64,000 bases of DNA from a virus: IMG/VR virus record IMGVR_UViG_3300021962_000056, positions 1 through 64,000 of that record; one strand, written 5' to 3'. The notes under the pieces are model-generated. The model saw nothing but the letters and a program-made list of their open reading frames with translations, had not been told where the DNA came from and searched no databases. This document shows positions 47,389 to 57,791 of this stretch, piece after piece. Position numbers and translations under genes: made by a program. Numbering within the stretch: position 1 is the stretch's first letter; every line of letters starts with the position of its first letter.

Positions 47389-49428
47389 CTAGGCAGAGAG
47401 TAACGGGCAGGCCACTCGGCTGAGATCGCCGTATATGTCCTCCTGGAGACGTTGGGCAACCATGGCAATTCGCTTCAAGCGAAACCTGCCGGTGTTCACA
47501 TAACGCAGCTGGAATTCGTAGCCATCGCGAGTGAAACCGCCGGTCTGCACGTCGCACTTGTCGGGCGGTTGTGGCAGGGCAATGCGCGATCGGGCGGGCG
47601 GCTGGTAGTATTTGACCTCTTGGCAGTTGATTACCGCCGGCGGGCACGAAACCTCACCGGGCTCGCAGTTGCGGTACTTGGCGCAGTCTTTGATCTCGGC
47701 CCATGGATGCCAGCACTCGCCCTCGTTGGCCTTGAAGTAGACCTTGGCCTCGATGTTGCCCATGACCTGATCGTACCACTGTTCGGCGCTCATCAGGCGC
47801 TTCTTGTTGGCAGGCTCGGCAAACGTGAGTGAGCGTGTTTCAACGATCCACTCGATCGGCGAATCATCGAACCCATCGAAATCAAACTGGCCAGTACGGG
47901 TGATCTCGTAGAGGCCGATCTTTCCCTGATCCAATCCAAAGAGAAAACAACGGTCAGAATTCTGAACTCGAACCGTCAGCATTTGGAGAATGTCAGCGCC
48001 CGTCCAGACACCCTCCCAAGCAGGAGGGAGCTTGCGGCCCATTCCGGAAACCAAGTCGAAATCCATGACCACCAGCCCTCGATGCACAACACCGCGACCG
48101 TTCACCTTCTGCGGCTGGATGGTCATCAGCATCCGGTTGTCGAAGTTCACGGAGCTAGCAGCCTTCAGGTAAAACTCCGTGTCGTAGGCCAAGGCCCGCA
48201 CAACCTGCCGGCTGATAGGGGTGTTGCCCCATTCGGTGAAATCGCGCCTGGCGTAGATCAACGACCGAATGCCGTCCTGCGCACGAAATATCAGATCACC
48301 GTTCATGGGAACGATGGATTCGTGATTGAACGAACCAAAGTTCAGCAATGCGAATCGCTGGATCGGATAGCTGAGATCCTTCCAAACGTCGCGGTCCACT
48401 GGGGCTGCGAACGCGTAGGTCGCGGTCGGCGTGAATACCAGCAGGTCGCCATCTCCCAGCGACGTGTCCAAGTTGGCGCCAAACGCCAGTCCGGTGATCG
48501 GGCCATTGGAGACGGCGAAGGCACCGCCCTCATTGAGGAATGTGTTCTCGGTGAATCGAATGACGGAGTTGCGGCCGTAAGCTGGATCTCCATAGACCAA
48601 GTCGCCACCGTAGTATTCTGATCCACTGGCTACCCAGAGACGCCCCTTGCCGTAGGCCATCGGTCCTCCAACTGGAACTTCTTCACCAGTGGCGCGCCGA
48701 AACGTCGTTCCATCAAACAGGTACGGGGCATTCAGCTGGTCTTGAACAATCAGCCAGTTTTCCGCCTGTTGGAAGAATACGTGATCCGCGTTTGGGTTGT
48801 TGGCTTGCAACCAGTATCCAGTGAAACTCGGTCCCAGCAATGGTCCTGCATCAACGCCAGGGCTGTACGTTGTGAACGTCGTTGGCGTCGGCGTGTTTTG
48901 AATCACGAAGTCACCGAAAAAACCTTCAGGAAACGAAGCGCCAACGCGCTCAGGCAGCCGCACAACCATTCCCGGAAACAAACCATGTGGAACGGAGCAG
49001 GTGTAGGTTGCGATGTTGGCAACGCGCCCTCGAGTATCAACCGTGAATGTGCCACCTTGAGGTGTTTGGTCTGAGACGAGGAAATTATTTTCGATGTCGA
49101 TGCGGAACATTTTTCCGCTGATCGAAGCGAACAGATACGGCGTGCCATCATCGTTCACATAGGCGCCGCAGCCTTGGAAATACCCAGTCTTGAATGCGTC
49201 TTGAACGGCCGCGTTGTAGTAGCCTGAGTCGGTGACAACAGTCGGATCCGGGAACGTCAACCCTTTCAACCAGATCCCTGGCCGCGCCTTGGGAAAACCT
49301 CCACGGACAGTCGTGTTCACCGCCCAAGCCAGTTGGTTGGGTTGAATCAATGACGGAGAGAACCCGCTATCTACACCGCCTTCTGCGGTGAGCAGGCCGT
49401 CAACCAAACGATTCTTTTCGGCGACCAT
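47389..49428 (-). CDS. tail tubular protein B / nozzle-like (module B)
   Basis: Paralog of 12500..14350 with an extra FCCH-like insertion; start refined to ATG 49428. Confidence 0.65.
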   Translation of the reverse strand: MVAEKNRLVDGLLTAEGGVDSGFSPSLIQPNQLAWAVNTTVRGGFPKARPGIWLKGLTFPDPTVVTDSGYYNAAVQDAFKTGYFQGCGAYVNDDGTPYLFASISGKMFRIDIENNFLVSDQTPQGGTFTVDTRGRVANIATYTCSVPHGLFPGMVVRLPERVGASFPEGFFGDFVIQNTPTPTTFTTYSPGVDAGPLLGPSFTGYWLQANNPNADHVFFQQAENWLIVQDQLNAPYLFDGTTFRRATGEEVPVGGPMAYGKGRLWVASGSEYYGGDLVYGDPAYGRNSVIRFTENTFLNEGGAFAVSNGPITGLAFGANLDTSLGDGDLLVFTPTATYAFAAPVDRDVWKDLSYPIQRFALLNFGSFNHESIVPMNGDLIFRAQDGIRSLIYARRDFTEWGNTPISRQVVRALAYDTEFYLKAASSVNFDNRMLMTIQPQKVNGRGVVHRGLVVMDFDLVSGMGRKLPPAWEGVWTGADILQMLTVRVQNSDRCFLFGLDQGKIGLYEITRTGQFDFDGFDDSPIEWIVETRSLTFAEPANKKRLMSAEQWYDQVMGNIEAKVYFKANEGECWHPWAEIKDCAKYRNCEPGEVSCPPAVINCQEVKYYQPPARSRIALPQPPDKCDVQTGGFTRDGYEFQLRYVNTGRFRLKRIAMVAQRLQEDIYGDLSRVACPLLSA

Positions 49429-49471
49429 GACGCTTGAACCCATTGAAAGGCCATCGCAAGATTCCCGCAAG

Positions 49472-51244
49472 ATGAATGAAAGCCCCGATTACTTGTCCAT
49501 ACCGTGGCGTACAAAAGACCGCTTCTTGATCGAGGCTGAGATGGTGCGTCGTGGCGGGTACATTCACAACGCCGGCGTGAAGTACGGTCAGGGCAAGTAT
49601 TACCACTTCCGCGCTGCCATGACGGCGCTGTGGCCGCACTTCGACTGGCATGAATGGTCGGAGCTTCTGATCCAAGCATTCGTCGAGAACCAAGAGGTCG
49701 GCATCATGGGGCCGGGTTCATCTGGCAAGACGTACAACTCCGCAGCGTTTGGGCTGTGCTCGTTCTACATCTGGCCGAAGGGCACCTCGATCATCATGTC
49801 GTCAACGACGCGTGAGGGTCTCCAGCTGCGAATCTGGGGCTCGATCAAGGAGCTTCACAACAAAGCCAAGGAACGTCGCGAGTGGCTCCCGGGCCGCGTG
49901 ATTGAAAGCCGGTTCATCCTGACCAGTTCGGATGAAGATGCCGAAGCGCAGGACTTTCGAGACGGCATCATCGGTGTAGCGTGCAAGGTGGGCGGCACCT
50001 TTGTCGGCCTCTCGAACTACGTCGGATTGAAAAACGATCGCGTGATGTTGATCGCGGACGAAGCCTCGCTGATGGGGCGCGGTTTCTTGGATTCGGTGGC
50101 TAACCTTCGCAAGAACCCCGAGTTCAAGCTGATCGCGATGGGCAACCCCAAGGACCGCAATGATGCGCTTGGCGTAGTGTGCGAACCGCATCCGACATTC
50201 GGCGGCTGGGAGGGTCTCGAATACTTGGAGAAAACGCGCACCTGGAGAACGCGGGCGCCCGGTGGGTTGGCTGTCCAGCTGTGTGGATACGACACGCCGA
50301 ATGCGAAATTCCCCAAGGGCACGAATCCGTATCGAGGCATCATCACGCCTGAGCAGATTCAGGCGGACCTCGATTACTACGGCCGGGACTCGTTGCAGTT
50401 CTCGATGATGAACCTCGGTCTGTTGCCTCGGGACGGTGGCACCAGGCGCGTGGTTACGATGTCGCTGTGCGAGCAGAACCAGGCGTTTGACGATGTGGTG
50501 TGGGACCGCGCTGACAAGATCATCCGGATCATCGGCATCGACGCTGCGTACTCAGGCGTCGGCGGTGACCGATGCGTTATGACGGACCTCAAGTTTGGAC
50601 CAGATGCGTCCGGCCGCACGGTGCTAGCATTCGCAGAACCGCCCATCGTGATTCCGGTCACAGCCGTCAAAGCCCAGCAGGCCGAGGAGCAGATTGCCGA
50701 GTACGTGTTGCTCTACTGCAAGCAGCGCAACATCAACCCTGAGCAGGTGGGATTCGACTCCACTGGACGCGGTACGCTGATGTCGGCGTTCGCTCGCTTG
50801 TGGTCTCCGCAGGTGGTGCCAATCGAGTTCGGCGGCAAGCCGCTGGATCGCCCGGTGCGCCAGGGAGATCCTAAGACTGAGCGCGAGGCTTACGGCAAGA
50901 TGGTGACTGCACTCTGGTATTCGTCCCGCCTACTCATCGAGTCCAAGCAGTTGCGGAAACTGCCCCGTGAAGTCGCCGAGGAAGGTTCGATGCGCGAATG
51001 GGGTATCGCCCGTACTGGATTGATCGACGTGGAGCCGAAGCACAAGACCAAGGAACGCATGGGCCGATCGCCTGACTTGTGGGATTCGTTCGTGGTTGCG
51101 CTCGAAATGGCGCGCCGAAACGGTTTTGAGATTGCAGGCGGCCACGGTGTTGGTATTGTCAAGCGACAGACACCAAAGTGGCTGACGCGTATGTCTGACA
51201 AGCGCCGGTCAGTGGAGTCTCAACATTCATTAACTTACTCCTGA
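49472..51244 (+). CDS. terL: terminase large subunit (module B)
   Basis: GPGSSGKT, LIADEA, MGNP, IDAA...GGDRC, SPDLWD. Confidence 0.85.
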   Translation: MNESPDYLSIPWRTKDRFLIEAEMVRRGGYIHNAGVKYGQGKYYHFRAAMTALWPHFDWHEWSELLIQAFVENQEVGIMGPGSSGKTYNSAAFGLCSFYIWPKGTSIIMSSTTREGLQLRIWGSIKELHNKAKERREWLPGRVIESRFILTSSDEDAEAQDFRDGIIGVACKVGGTFVGLSNYVGLKNDRVMLIADEASLMGRGFLDSVANLRKNPEFKLIAMGNPKDRNDALGVVCEPHPTFGGWEGLEYLEKTRTWRTRAPGGLAVQLCGYDTPNAKFPKGTNPYRGIITPEQIQADLDYYGRDSLQFSMMNLGLLPRDGGTRRVVTMSLCEQNQAFDDVVWDRADKIIRIIGIDAAYSGVGGDRCVMTDLKFGPDASGRTVLAFAEPPIVIPVTAVKAQQAEEQIAEYVLLYCKQRNINPEQVGFDSTGRGTLMSAFARLWSPQVVPIEFGGKPLDRPVRQGDPKTEREAYGKMVTALWYSSRLLIESKQLRKLPREVAEEGSMREWGIARTGLIDVEPKHKTKERMGRSPDLWDSFVVALEMARRNGFEIAGGHGVGIVKRQTPKWLTRMSDKRRSVESQHSLTYS

Positions 51245-51245
51245 T

Positions 51246-51656
51246 ATGGCCTCATTCAATCAAGTCATCCTGATCGGAAACCTTACCAAAGACCCCGAAG
51301 TCAAAACGCTGCCCAAGGGAAGCACCGTTTGTGGTTTCAGTCTGGCAGCCAATCGCCGCTGGAAGAGCGAGTCCGGTGAGGACAAGGAGGAGGTCTTCTT
51401 TGCCAACTGCAAAGCGTTCGGGAAGTCTGCTGACTCGATTGGTAAGTACGTCAAGAAGGGTGATCCGCTGATGGTTACCGGCCGCCTGACCACTGAGAAG
51501 TGGACCGCCAAGGACGGTCAGGAAAAGTCTTCGACCCGCATCGTGGTCGAGCAGTTCCAGTTTCTGAAGAGTCGGGATGCTTCAGCACCCGCAGCTAAGC
51601 CTGCCGCTGCCGCTCCCAAGCCTGATCTGGACGATTCAGACGATCTTCCGTTTTAA
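51246..51656 (+). CDS. ssb: single-stranded DNA-binding protein
   Basis: NQVILIGNLTKDPE...KKG....V.GRL; acidic tail DDLPF. Confidence 0.95.
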   Translation: MASFNQVILIGNLTKDPEVKTLPKGSTVCGFSLAANRRWKSESGEDKEEVFFANCKAFGKSADSIGKYVKKGDPLMVTGRLTTEKWTAKDGQEKSSTRIVVEQFQFLKSRDASAPAAKPAAAAPKPDLDDSDDLPF

Positions 51657-51665
51657 TGCTGCCGT

Positions 51666-51941
51666 ATGAGCAACATGAATCTGACTTCGTTCCCCAACGG
51701 TGGATGGCAGTATTACCAGCCCGAAACCAAGTGGAATAAACCCAACCCGATGAACGATGATTTCTACGAAACAGCCAGAATCATCGCGCAGCATCGGGCC
51801 GCCAACGGTCTGCCAGCTTCACTCGAGAAGGCCCAACTGGACCTAGAGAACTACACCAAGGCCCGCTTTCCGTCCACGTACTCAACACCAGGATCCAATG
51901 TACAACCAAGGGTTTCAGGCTGTCGCACGTGCGGTCGCTAA
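51666..51941 (+). CDS. hypothetical protein, matches the N-terminal half of 8928..9563
   Basis: P.GW.Y..PET, H.AAN; ends CRTCGR. Confidence 0.65.
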   Translation: MSNMNLTSFPNGGWQYYQPETKWNKPNPMNDDFYETARIIAQHRAANGLPASLEKAQLDLENYTKARFPSTYSTPGSNVQPRVSGCRTCGR

Positions 51942-52290
51942 ATTGCGCCAGACGGCTCAAGGAGCGCGCATCCTGGCCGAATGGCTTGGTGATGGTGGAA
52001 CACCTGTCGATCGCCGTCAGGCGCAGGATCGCATTGATACCTGCAACCGCTGTATTCACAACAAACCCACGGATGCACGGTCGGTTACCAAGACTGTGGC
52101 CGAGGCTATTCTTGAGCAGGAACAGGCGCGCAATGACATGGCGATGTTTCTGCAAGGGGAGGGGCTTGCTGGCACCTGCGAAGTCTGCGGGTGCTATCTC
52201 AAGTTGAAGGCTTGGGTCCCTCTTTCGTATCTTGGCAAGACCGAAATGCCCGATAATTGCTGGATTTCGCACGAACGGAAAGCAATCTGA
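51898..52290 (+). CDS. Cys-rich protein, matches the C-terminal half of 8928..9563
   Basis: GG..V....A..R...C..C..N, CE.CGC......W.P, P..CW. Confidence 0.7.
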   Translation: MYNQGFQAVARAVAKLRQTAQGARILAEWLGDGGTPVDRRQAQDRIDTCNRCIHNKPTDARSVTKTVAEAILEQEQARNDMAMFLQGEGLAGTCEVCGCYLKLKAWVPLSYLGKTEMPDNCWISHERKAI

Positions 52291-52297
52291 CACCGAT

Positions 52298-54571
52298 ATG
52301 AGCTTCAAGGAACCCAGCAGAGTCTGGAACGTCGTTAGCGCCATGCTCGAAGCGGAACAGCCGCGCTCCCGCAACCGAGCGCGCATCAACTCCTGCTTCA
52401 ACGGCAACCCTCCATACACCCAGGAGGAAGCACGCGACAACCGCATCCAGACGAACGTCAACTTCCTGGAAGGCACCCGGATCATCCATGCCTCTCGCCA
52501 GCAGTTCACGAACGCCTTCTTGAAGCCGCAGAATTACTTCTCGGTTGGTCTCGACATCGGACCCCGCGACAAGCGCACCCAGTGGGGCAACATCATCACG
52601 AAGCAGCTGAACCGCGTGATGAAGCGGTCTCCGAAATACTCTACGGTCTTGGAGTCTCAGTTTGCGGCCACGGTGCTTCACGGCATCGGGCCAGTCACTT
52701 GGCTTCGTGATCGCGACTGGTGCCCATCGGCTCGCGGCACTGAGGACATCTTGGTCCCGACCAACACGTTGACTACGATGGAGAACCTGTCGCACTTCGC
52801 GATCTACACGTCCTTTACGGCTCAGGACCTGATCCGTATGACCCGTGGTGAGAACGTGGACCCCGGCTGGAATCTGACGCTGGTGAACCAGCTGCTGGCA
52901 GCGATGATCGAACGCGAGGCTACCAGCCTCCAGGTCAACGACTGGTCTGGCCAATACTTCCCTGAGAAGATTGAGGAAGATTTCAAGGAGAACTCCGGCT
53001 ACTGGGGTTCCGACGCGACACCGGTGCTGCGTTGCTACGACTTCTACTTCCTGGACACGACCAGTGACGACCCCTCCTGGCGCCGCCGTATCATCGTTGA
53101 CCAGTACAACAGCGGCATCGGCAATATGCAGACCGCTGGACAGTGGCTCTTCGATGCGGGAGATCGGTGTTACGGCCGCGACATCTTTGAACTGATGCAC
53201 GTCCAGTTTGCCGACGGCGCTGTAGTGCCTCCGTTCCGGTGGCATTCCGTGCGGTCACTCGGATACCTGCTGTACTCTGTCTGCCATCTCCAGAATCGGA
53301 TGCGCTGCAAATTCACCGACTCGGTGTTCGAGCAGATGCTGTGGCTCTTCCGCAACGTCGCGGACGGCGACATGGAGCGCATGGAGAAGATCGACCTGTT
53401 CAACATGGGCGTGATCCCCGAAGGACTCTCATGGGTTCCGCAGTCCGAACGTCACGTGCTGGACTACCCGATGCTCTCGGGCGCCATGGCCATGCACCGA
53501 CAGATCATGGCCGAGTCCAGTGCGGCCTACACGCAAGACGTGAACGACGGTTCATCGAAGGAACTCACAGCGACCGAGGTGATGGCCCGCGTGAACAACG
53601 CCAATGCGCTCATGGGCTCGATGCTCACCCGCGCCTACACTCAGCAGACCTTCCAGTACCGCGAGATCGCTCGCCGGTTCTGCACGATCGACCATCCCGA
53701 CTGCGTTCAGTTCCGTCGCAAGTGCGAAGCCGAAGGCGTCGATCCATCCGTGTTCAACAACCTCGACAGCTGGGACATCATGCCTGAGCGCGTCATGGGC
53801 TCCGGCAACAAGATGCTCGAGATCGCGCAGGCTGACCGACTCATGGCCATCCGGCCGTTGCTAGCACCGGATTCCCAAGCCGAGGTGGTTCATATGTACG
53901 TCGAGGCCAACACTGACGATCCCCTCCTGGCGAATCGTCTCGCACCGGTGGACAACAAACCCGTCTCGCCGGCCGTCGAGCGCGCTACGATGGCGTGGGG
54001 AACGCTCATCGACGGTCAGCCGGTGGTTATCGCGACTTCGATCAATCGGCCCGAGTACATCCAGACGCTTCTCCAGATGCTTGGTGGCGCTATCGGGCGC
54101 ATCGAGAAGGAGCAGAACGGTATGCCGACCATGGAACGCGTGCTTGGCTTGGCCAACGTCATTCAGCACATCCAGGAGCAGATGCAGTTGATCGCTCAGG
54201 ACCCCGGCCAGGAGCAGAACATGAAGCTCTACAACGACGGCATCGCTCAGGCCTCGAACTACATCAAGGGCTACGTGCAGCGTCTTCAGCAGCAAGCTCA
54301 GGCTCAGGCCGAAGCAGGCGCAGCTGGAAATGGAATGGATGCCGAGACCGCTGCGAAGATCCAGTCGATGCTCATCACCGCGCAGTCCAAGGCTCAGATC
54401 GCTGCCGCGAACTCCGAGCAGAAGCGCGTCCAGAAGCAGGTGGCATTCGAGCAAGACCAACAGCGCAAGAACGCCAACACGATCGCCGAGGCTCAGCGCA
54501 AGGGCGCACTCACTCGGGCGGACATTGCCGCCATGGATCTCAAGACTCAGGCCGACATCCTTAACCAATGA
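52298..54571 (+). CDS. portal protein (module B)
   Basis: Paralog of 6694..8943; TATE motif; Gln-rich tail. Confidence 0.75.
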   Translation: MSFKEPSRVWNVVSAMLEAEQPRSRNRARINSCFNGNPPYTQEEARDNRIQTNVNFLEGTRIIHASRQQFTNAFLKPQNYFSVGLDIGPRDKRTQWGNIITKQLNRVMKRSPKYSTVLESQFAATVLHGIGPVTWLRDRDWCPSARGTEDILVPTNTLTTMENLSHFAIYTSFTAQDLIRMTRGENVDPGWNLTLVNQLLAAMIEREATSLQVNDWSGQYFPEKIEEDFKENSGYWGSDATPVLRCYDFYFLDTTSDDPSWRRRIIVDQYNSGIGNMQTAGQWLFDAGDRCYGRDIFELMHVQFADGAVVPPFRWHSVRSLGYLLYSVCHLQNRMRCKFTDSVFEQMLWLFRNVADGDMERMEKIDLFNMGVIPEGLSWVPQSERHVLDYPMLSGAMAMHRQIMAESSAAYTQDVNDGSSKELTATEVMARVNNANALMGSMLTRAYTQQTFQYREIARRFCTIDHPDCVQFRRKCEAEGVDPSVFNNLDSWDIMPERVMGSGNKMLEIAQADRLMAIRPLLAPDSQAEVVHMYVEANTDDPLLANRLAPVDNKPVSPAVERATMAWGTLIDGQPVVIATSINRPEYIQTLLQMLGGAIGRIEKEQNGMPTMERVLGLANVIQHIQEQMQLIAQDPGQEQNMKLYNDGIAQASNYIKGYVQRLQQQAQAQAEAGAAGNGMDAETAAKIQSMLITAQSKAQIAAANSEQKRVQKQVAFEQDQQRKNANTIAEAQRKGALTRADIAAMDLKTQADILNQ

Positions 54572-54831
54572 TACAATCCCCCAAGCAAGAGTTTCAGCGC
54601 GACAAGCAGCGCCTCCAATCAGTCGAGCGAATGCTCGAAACGCCCGAACTCCAAGCCGCGCTCTTGGCGGCCTTCAATAATTTCTGCTGGAACCTTCCGC
54701 CCTCGGAGAACCCGCAGCATGGCTGGAATGCCAACTGCAAGCGCGCCGGTGCGCGTGCGTTCATCGAGGAACTGAATGGTCTGGTGGAAATGCGAAAAGA
54801 AAAAACGACTCTTAATCAGAACCTCGAATGA
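54568..54831 (+). CDS. small portal-scaffold linked protein
   Basis: ATGA overlaps at both ends; counterpart of 2637..2960. Confidence 0.6.
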   Translation: MIQSPKQEFQRDKQRLQSVERMLETPELQAALLAAFNNFCWNLPPSENPQHGWNANCKRAGARAFIEELNGLVEMRKEKTTLNQNLE

Positions 54832-56081
54832 ACCCGCTGCTATCACCAGATGCCCCAACCGAACGGGGCGCAGATTATTCCGAAGCATTTTCCGGCATCG
54901 ACGCTATCGAAGGGCAAGGTCTGGACAACCCGATGGGTTCAGCGATGCCTGCGCCTGTCGCTGCACCAACTCCCGCTCCCGCTCCTGAGCCGGCCCCAGT
55001 TGCTGCCACCACCACCCCGGCTGCCGAAGCTCCGAAGCCGAAGGTTGAAGACCTGTTCAACCTGGATCGGTTCACTCCGAAGAAGGAAGATCCCGCACCT
55101 GCTGCGAAGACGGAACCCGCCAAGCCGGAACCGACCTCGATCAAGCAGTTCCGCGAGCAGTACGAGATGACCAAGAAGGAGCGCGATGATTTCGCGGCCA
55201 AGGTCTCCGAACTCGAACGCGCCAAGTCCGAGGGCACTCGCAAGGAAGTCGAAGAAGCCACCAAGGCCCTGAAGGCTGAGATGGATTCGATCCGCAAAAA
55301 CGCCGAGGAACTGGACACTGAAGTCCGGTATCTCAACTACACGCGATCTGGCGAGTACAAGCAGAAGTACGAATCGCCGCTGCGTGAAGCGTGGCAGACG
55401 GCTCTCGGAGACATCGACGGTATCCGCGTCACTGATGAAGACGGCACCGAGCGCGATGCCAATCATCAAGACATCATGACTCTCTTGAACGTGCCGGTAG
55501 CCAAGGCTGCTATCATCGCCCAGGAGACGTTCGGCCCAGCTGCGCCCGAGATGATGGCCCACCGCCGTAAGATCCTTGAACTCACTCAGTCTCGAGACAA
55601 GTCCATCGCCGAGTGGAAAGAGAAGGGCGCCCAACGCGAGATCGAGAAGTCCAAGCTCGTTGAGACCCGCCAGTCCCGGTCACGCGAGTTGTTTGAGTCG
55701 CAGTTTGCCGACTACGAGAAGACCCACGCTCAGCTGTTCGGCCGAGAGGAAGGCGATGAAGATGGAAACCGTCTGCTGGATGAAAGTGATCGCCTGATCA
55801 AGATCGCTCTGAAGGGCGAAGGCGTCGATGCTGACATGGGCTACGACGACAAGGTGGACCTGATCACCAAGGCTCAGGCTCAGGTGGCGCTACGTGCGCG
55901 GGCCTACGGGCGCGAGCGCCTGCGGGTAATCCGGCTCCAGCAGAAGGTGGCCGAACTCGAGAAGAAGGTTGGCAAGGTCCGGTCGTCTGAACCCGGCCAA
56001 GGTGAAGGCACCTCGACCGCTACCCGGGTGGCACCGAAGAACGCGGAGGACGCGATCGACGAACTTCCGTCAGCGTACTAA
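54828..56081 (+). CDS. capsid scaffolding-like protein (module B)
   Basis: Acidic coiled coil with a Pro-rich N-terminal region; paralog of 1431..2630. Confidence 0.65.
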   Translation: MNPLLSPDAPTERGADYSEAFSGIDAIEGQGLDNPMGSAMPAPVAAPTPAPAPEPAPVAATTTPAAEAPKPKVEDLFNLDRFTPKKEDPAPAAKTEPAKPEPTSIKQFREQYEMTKKERDDFAAKVSELERAKSEGTRKEVEEATKALKAEMDSIRKNAEELDTEVRYLNYTRSGEYKQKYESPLREAWQTALGDIDGIRVTDEDGTERDANHQDIMTLLNVPVAKAAIIAQETFGPAAPEMMAHRRKILELTQSRDKSIAEWKEKGAQREIEKSKLVETRQSRSRELFESQFADYEKTHAQLFGREEGDEDGNRLLDESDRLIKIALKGEGVDADMGYDDKVDLITKAQAQVALRARAYGRERLRVIRLQQKVAELEKKVGKVRSSEPGQGEGTSTATRVAPKNAEDAIDELPSAY

Positions 56082-56230
56082 CGGGCGGCCTTGCGCCTAC
56101 CAGCAGCGGCTCGGCGTTGGAACTCTTCCGCGCCGAGCTTTTTTCTGCCTATGAATGCCGCGAGAGCGCGAGGATCGTCCGCACCTTGATTCTTCAGCTT
56201 GCGGACCAGTTTGGCGTATTTGGTTTGCAT
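56078..56230 (-). CDS. small basic protein
   Basis: Paralog of 22139..22339. Confidence 0.65.
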   Translation of the reverse strand: MQTKYAKLVRKLKNQGADDPRALAAFIGRKKLGAEEFQRRAAAGRRKAAR

Positions 56231-56234
56231 AGAG

Positions 56235-56480
56235 TCACCAGGCCCGACATGACCAATACTTGGCAGACAGCTTCGTTCCCGGGGTATCGCAACCATGCCG
56301 CGCACGGAAGCTCTTCCGGTTTTTCGCGATGTGCTTCTTGATCGGCATCTTGGGATCACCGAAGCGCACCAAGCGCACCTTGCCATCTTCCTTGGCCAGC
56401 ACGGCAGACTTCTTGGACGCACCCGGCGTAGCCTTGGGCTTGTTGTAGCCGGCGAACTTCTGGCCTCGGTAGGTGATCAT
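56235..56480 (-). CDS. small basic protein (RFGDP...FRARHGC...YWSCRAW)
   Basis: Paralog of 21846..22133. Confidence 0.7.
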   Translation of the reverse strand: MITYRGQKFAGYNKPKATPGASKKSAVLAKEDGKVRLVRFGDPKMPIKKHIAKNRKSFRARHGCDTPGTKLSAKYWSCRAW

Positions 56481-56704
56481 TTGGTCTTGGGCAGAGCGTA
56501 CCACCCAGCTGGAATCTTCACAGTCGAAGGGCCGACCAGCTTACCGTCGCGGTCAAACGCGTACACGCTAGCCCGCGTCGGCTCTGCTAGCATGATCGGA
56601 TCACCGGAAGGGACCAGGACCACCTTCGTCCGGCAGCCCAGGCAAATCGGCAATACGAGCAGCCAGATCGTTCTTGAGAGGTTTGGGTGCATTTCCATCT
56701 TCAA
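56477..56704 (-). CDS. lipoprotein, o-spanin-like
   Basis: Lipobox ICLG-C; paralog of 578..805; exact start uncertain. Confidence 0.6.
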   Translation of the reverse strand: MKMEMHPNLSRTIWLLVLPICLGCRTKVVLVPSGDPIMLAEPTRASVYAFDRDGKLVGPSTVKIPAGWYALPKTK

Positions 56705-56771
56705 CCGTTGGCGCAGGCGTTTCCCGGAGCCAGTCCAGGAACGCCTTCACCAGTTGGTAGATCCAGTTCAC
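56601..56771 (-). CDS. 56-aa protein overlapping the lipoprotein gene (not in ORF track)
   Basis: MNWIYQLVKAFLDWLRETPAPTVEDGNAPKPLKNDLAARIADLPGLPDEGGPGPFR; paralog of 499..699. Confidence 0.55.
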   Translation of the reverse strand: MNWIYQLVKAFLDWLRETPAPTVEDGNAPKPLKNDLAARIADLPGLPDEGGPGPFR

Positions 56772-56782
56772 TGGTTAGTCAC

Positions 56783-56977
56783 TCACGCAGCTGGAGCAGC
56801 AGGCGGAGTCGGAGGAGTCTTGCGATTCTTCCAGACAGACCAGCCAACACCCAAGACCGTGATAAAAGCGCCGGCAAGCTCGTTCGCCTGGTCAACGGTG
56901 ACGAGGCCCTTGGCGACAAGGAACCCGCCTCCGAATGAGAGGCCGTGGCGGACGATAGACTTGATTGAGTCGTTCAT
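56783..56977 (-). CDS. holin-like two-helix membrane protein
   Basis: IVRH.L.FGGG.LV.KG...WS...K pattern. Confidence 0.6.
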   Translation of the reverse strand: MNDSIKSIVRHGLSFGGGFLVAKGLVTVDQANELAGAFITVLGVGWSVWKNRKTPPTPPAAPAA

Positions 56978-57180
56978 TTCAGAGTCATCCTACCAATCAA
57001 CTGGGCCAGCACAACCAAAACCCCAAGGCCGCCAAACAGCTTCCATTGAAACTGCTTGAGGCCTTCGAGGGTGGCTTTGATTCCGTGGATGTCGGAGACC
57101 ATACCGGCGTCTTTGTCACCGATGATGGTCTCCAGTCTCACGATACGTACCTCAAGGTTGTGAAGGTTCTCCTCCGGCAT
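56974..57180 (-). CDS. small coiled-coil protein with a C-terminal TM helix
   Basis: RI.RLE...; hydrophobic C-terminus. Confidence 0.55.
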   Translation of the reverse strand: MPEENLHNLEVRIVRLETIIGDKDAGMVSDIHGIKATLEGLKQFQWKLFGGLGVLVVLAQLIGRMTLK

Positions 57181-57337
57181 TGGTGGGCGCGGTTTGGGAT
57201 GCTGCTAGCAGAATCTTGTCTTGAAGCGGGATTCCAACGCGACCGTTTTGGCTTCCGCCGGCACGGATGGCAATCTCGATCAGTTGGACGAGATTCTGGG
57301 CTTCGGTTTGGTTGATTGTCAGCGTGATTTCGTTCAT
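57152..57337 (-). CDS. hypothetical protein
   Basis: ITL.....EA..L..LI.IA.RAGG motif; follows the tail fibre genes. Confidence 0.55.
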   Translation of the reverse strand: MNEITLTINQTEAQNLVQLIEIAIRAGGSQNGRVGIPLQDKILLAASQTAPTNAGGEPSQP

Positions 57338-57359
57338 GCGGCGTCAGCGTATGTCAGCG

Positions 57360-57785
57360 TCAAGCAGCTGGCAACTCTGAGGAAGAGGTATCAACACCTC
57401 CGACAGGAGTTTCCGCATTGACGAGCGGCGGCTCCACCTGCGGCAGCATCGGAGGCACGATCATCACCGGAGTCACCCACGGCAGCGGCGGAGCGATGAT
57501 CGGAGGGTTGATCTGGTTCTCGATCTGCTGAGTGACGTTCGCTTCGATGGCGGTCTTGTCCACGCCATTGGCATAGCACCAGCCGAGAACCTGATCCTGC
57601 GTGAGCTGATCGTACGGCGTGAAGTTCTCAGTCGGCGGAGCGAACGACGCGCTGCCGTAGCAAGTGCCGCTGTACTGATCCTGCGAGCCGTTGCAACGCC
57701 AGTCGGCGGTGATGACGACATCGGTGAGCGAGCCTTCGGTCGGGCGGACAAGAAGGCGTTCGATGATCCAGTTGATGGTAATCAT
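57360..57785 (-). CDS. tail-fibre-associated protein
   Basis: W.I..L, DVV....W, FTPYDQLT.DQVLGW, INPP....PLPW. Confidence 0.6.
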   Translation of the reverse strand: MITINWIIERLLVRPTEGSLTDVVITADWRCNGSQDQYSGTCYGSASFAPPTENFTPYDQLTQDQVLGWCYANGVDKTAIEANVTQQIENQINPPIIAPPLPWVTPVMIVPPMLPQVEPPLVNAETPVGGVDTSSSELPAA

Positions 57786-57791
57786 GGGATA

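Noticed and set aside
51898-51941. Programmed -1 frameshift at GGGTTTC joining the two Cys-protein halves
   Set aside because: The heptamer is not in X XXY YYZ register for the upstream ORF, the required shift is +1, and the second ORF has its own ATG.
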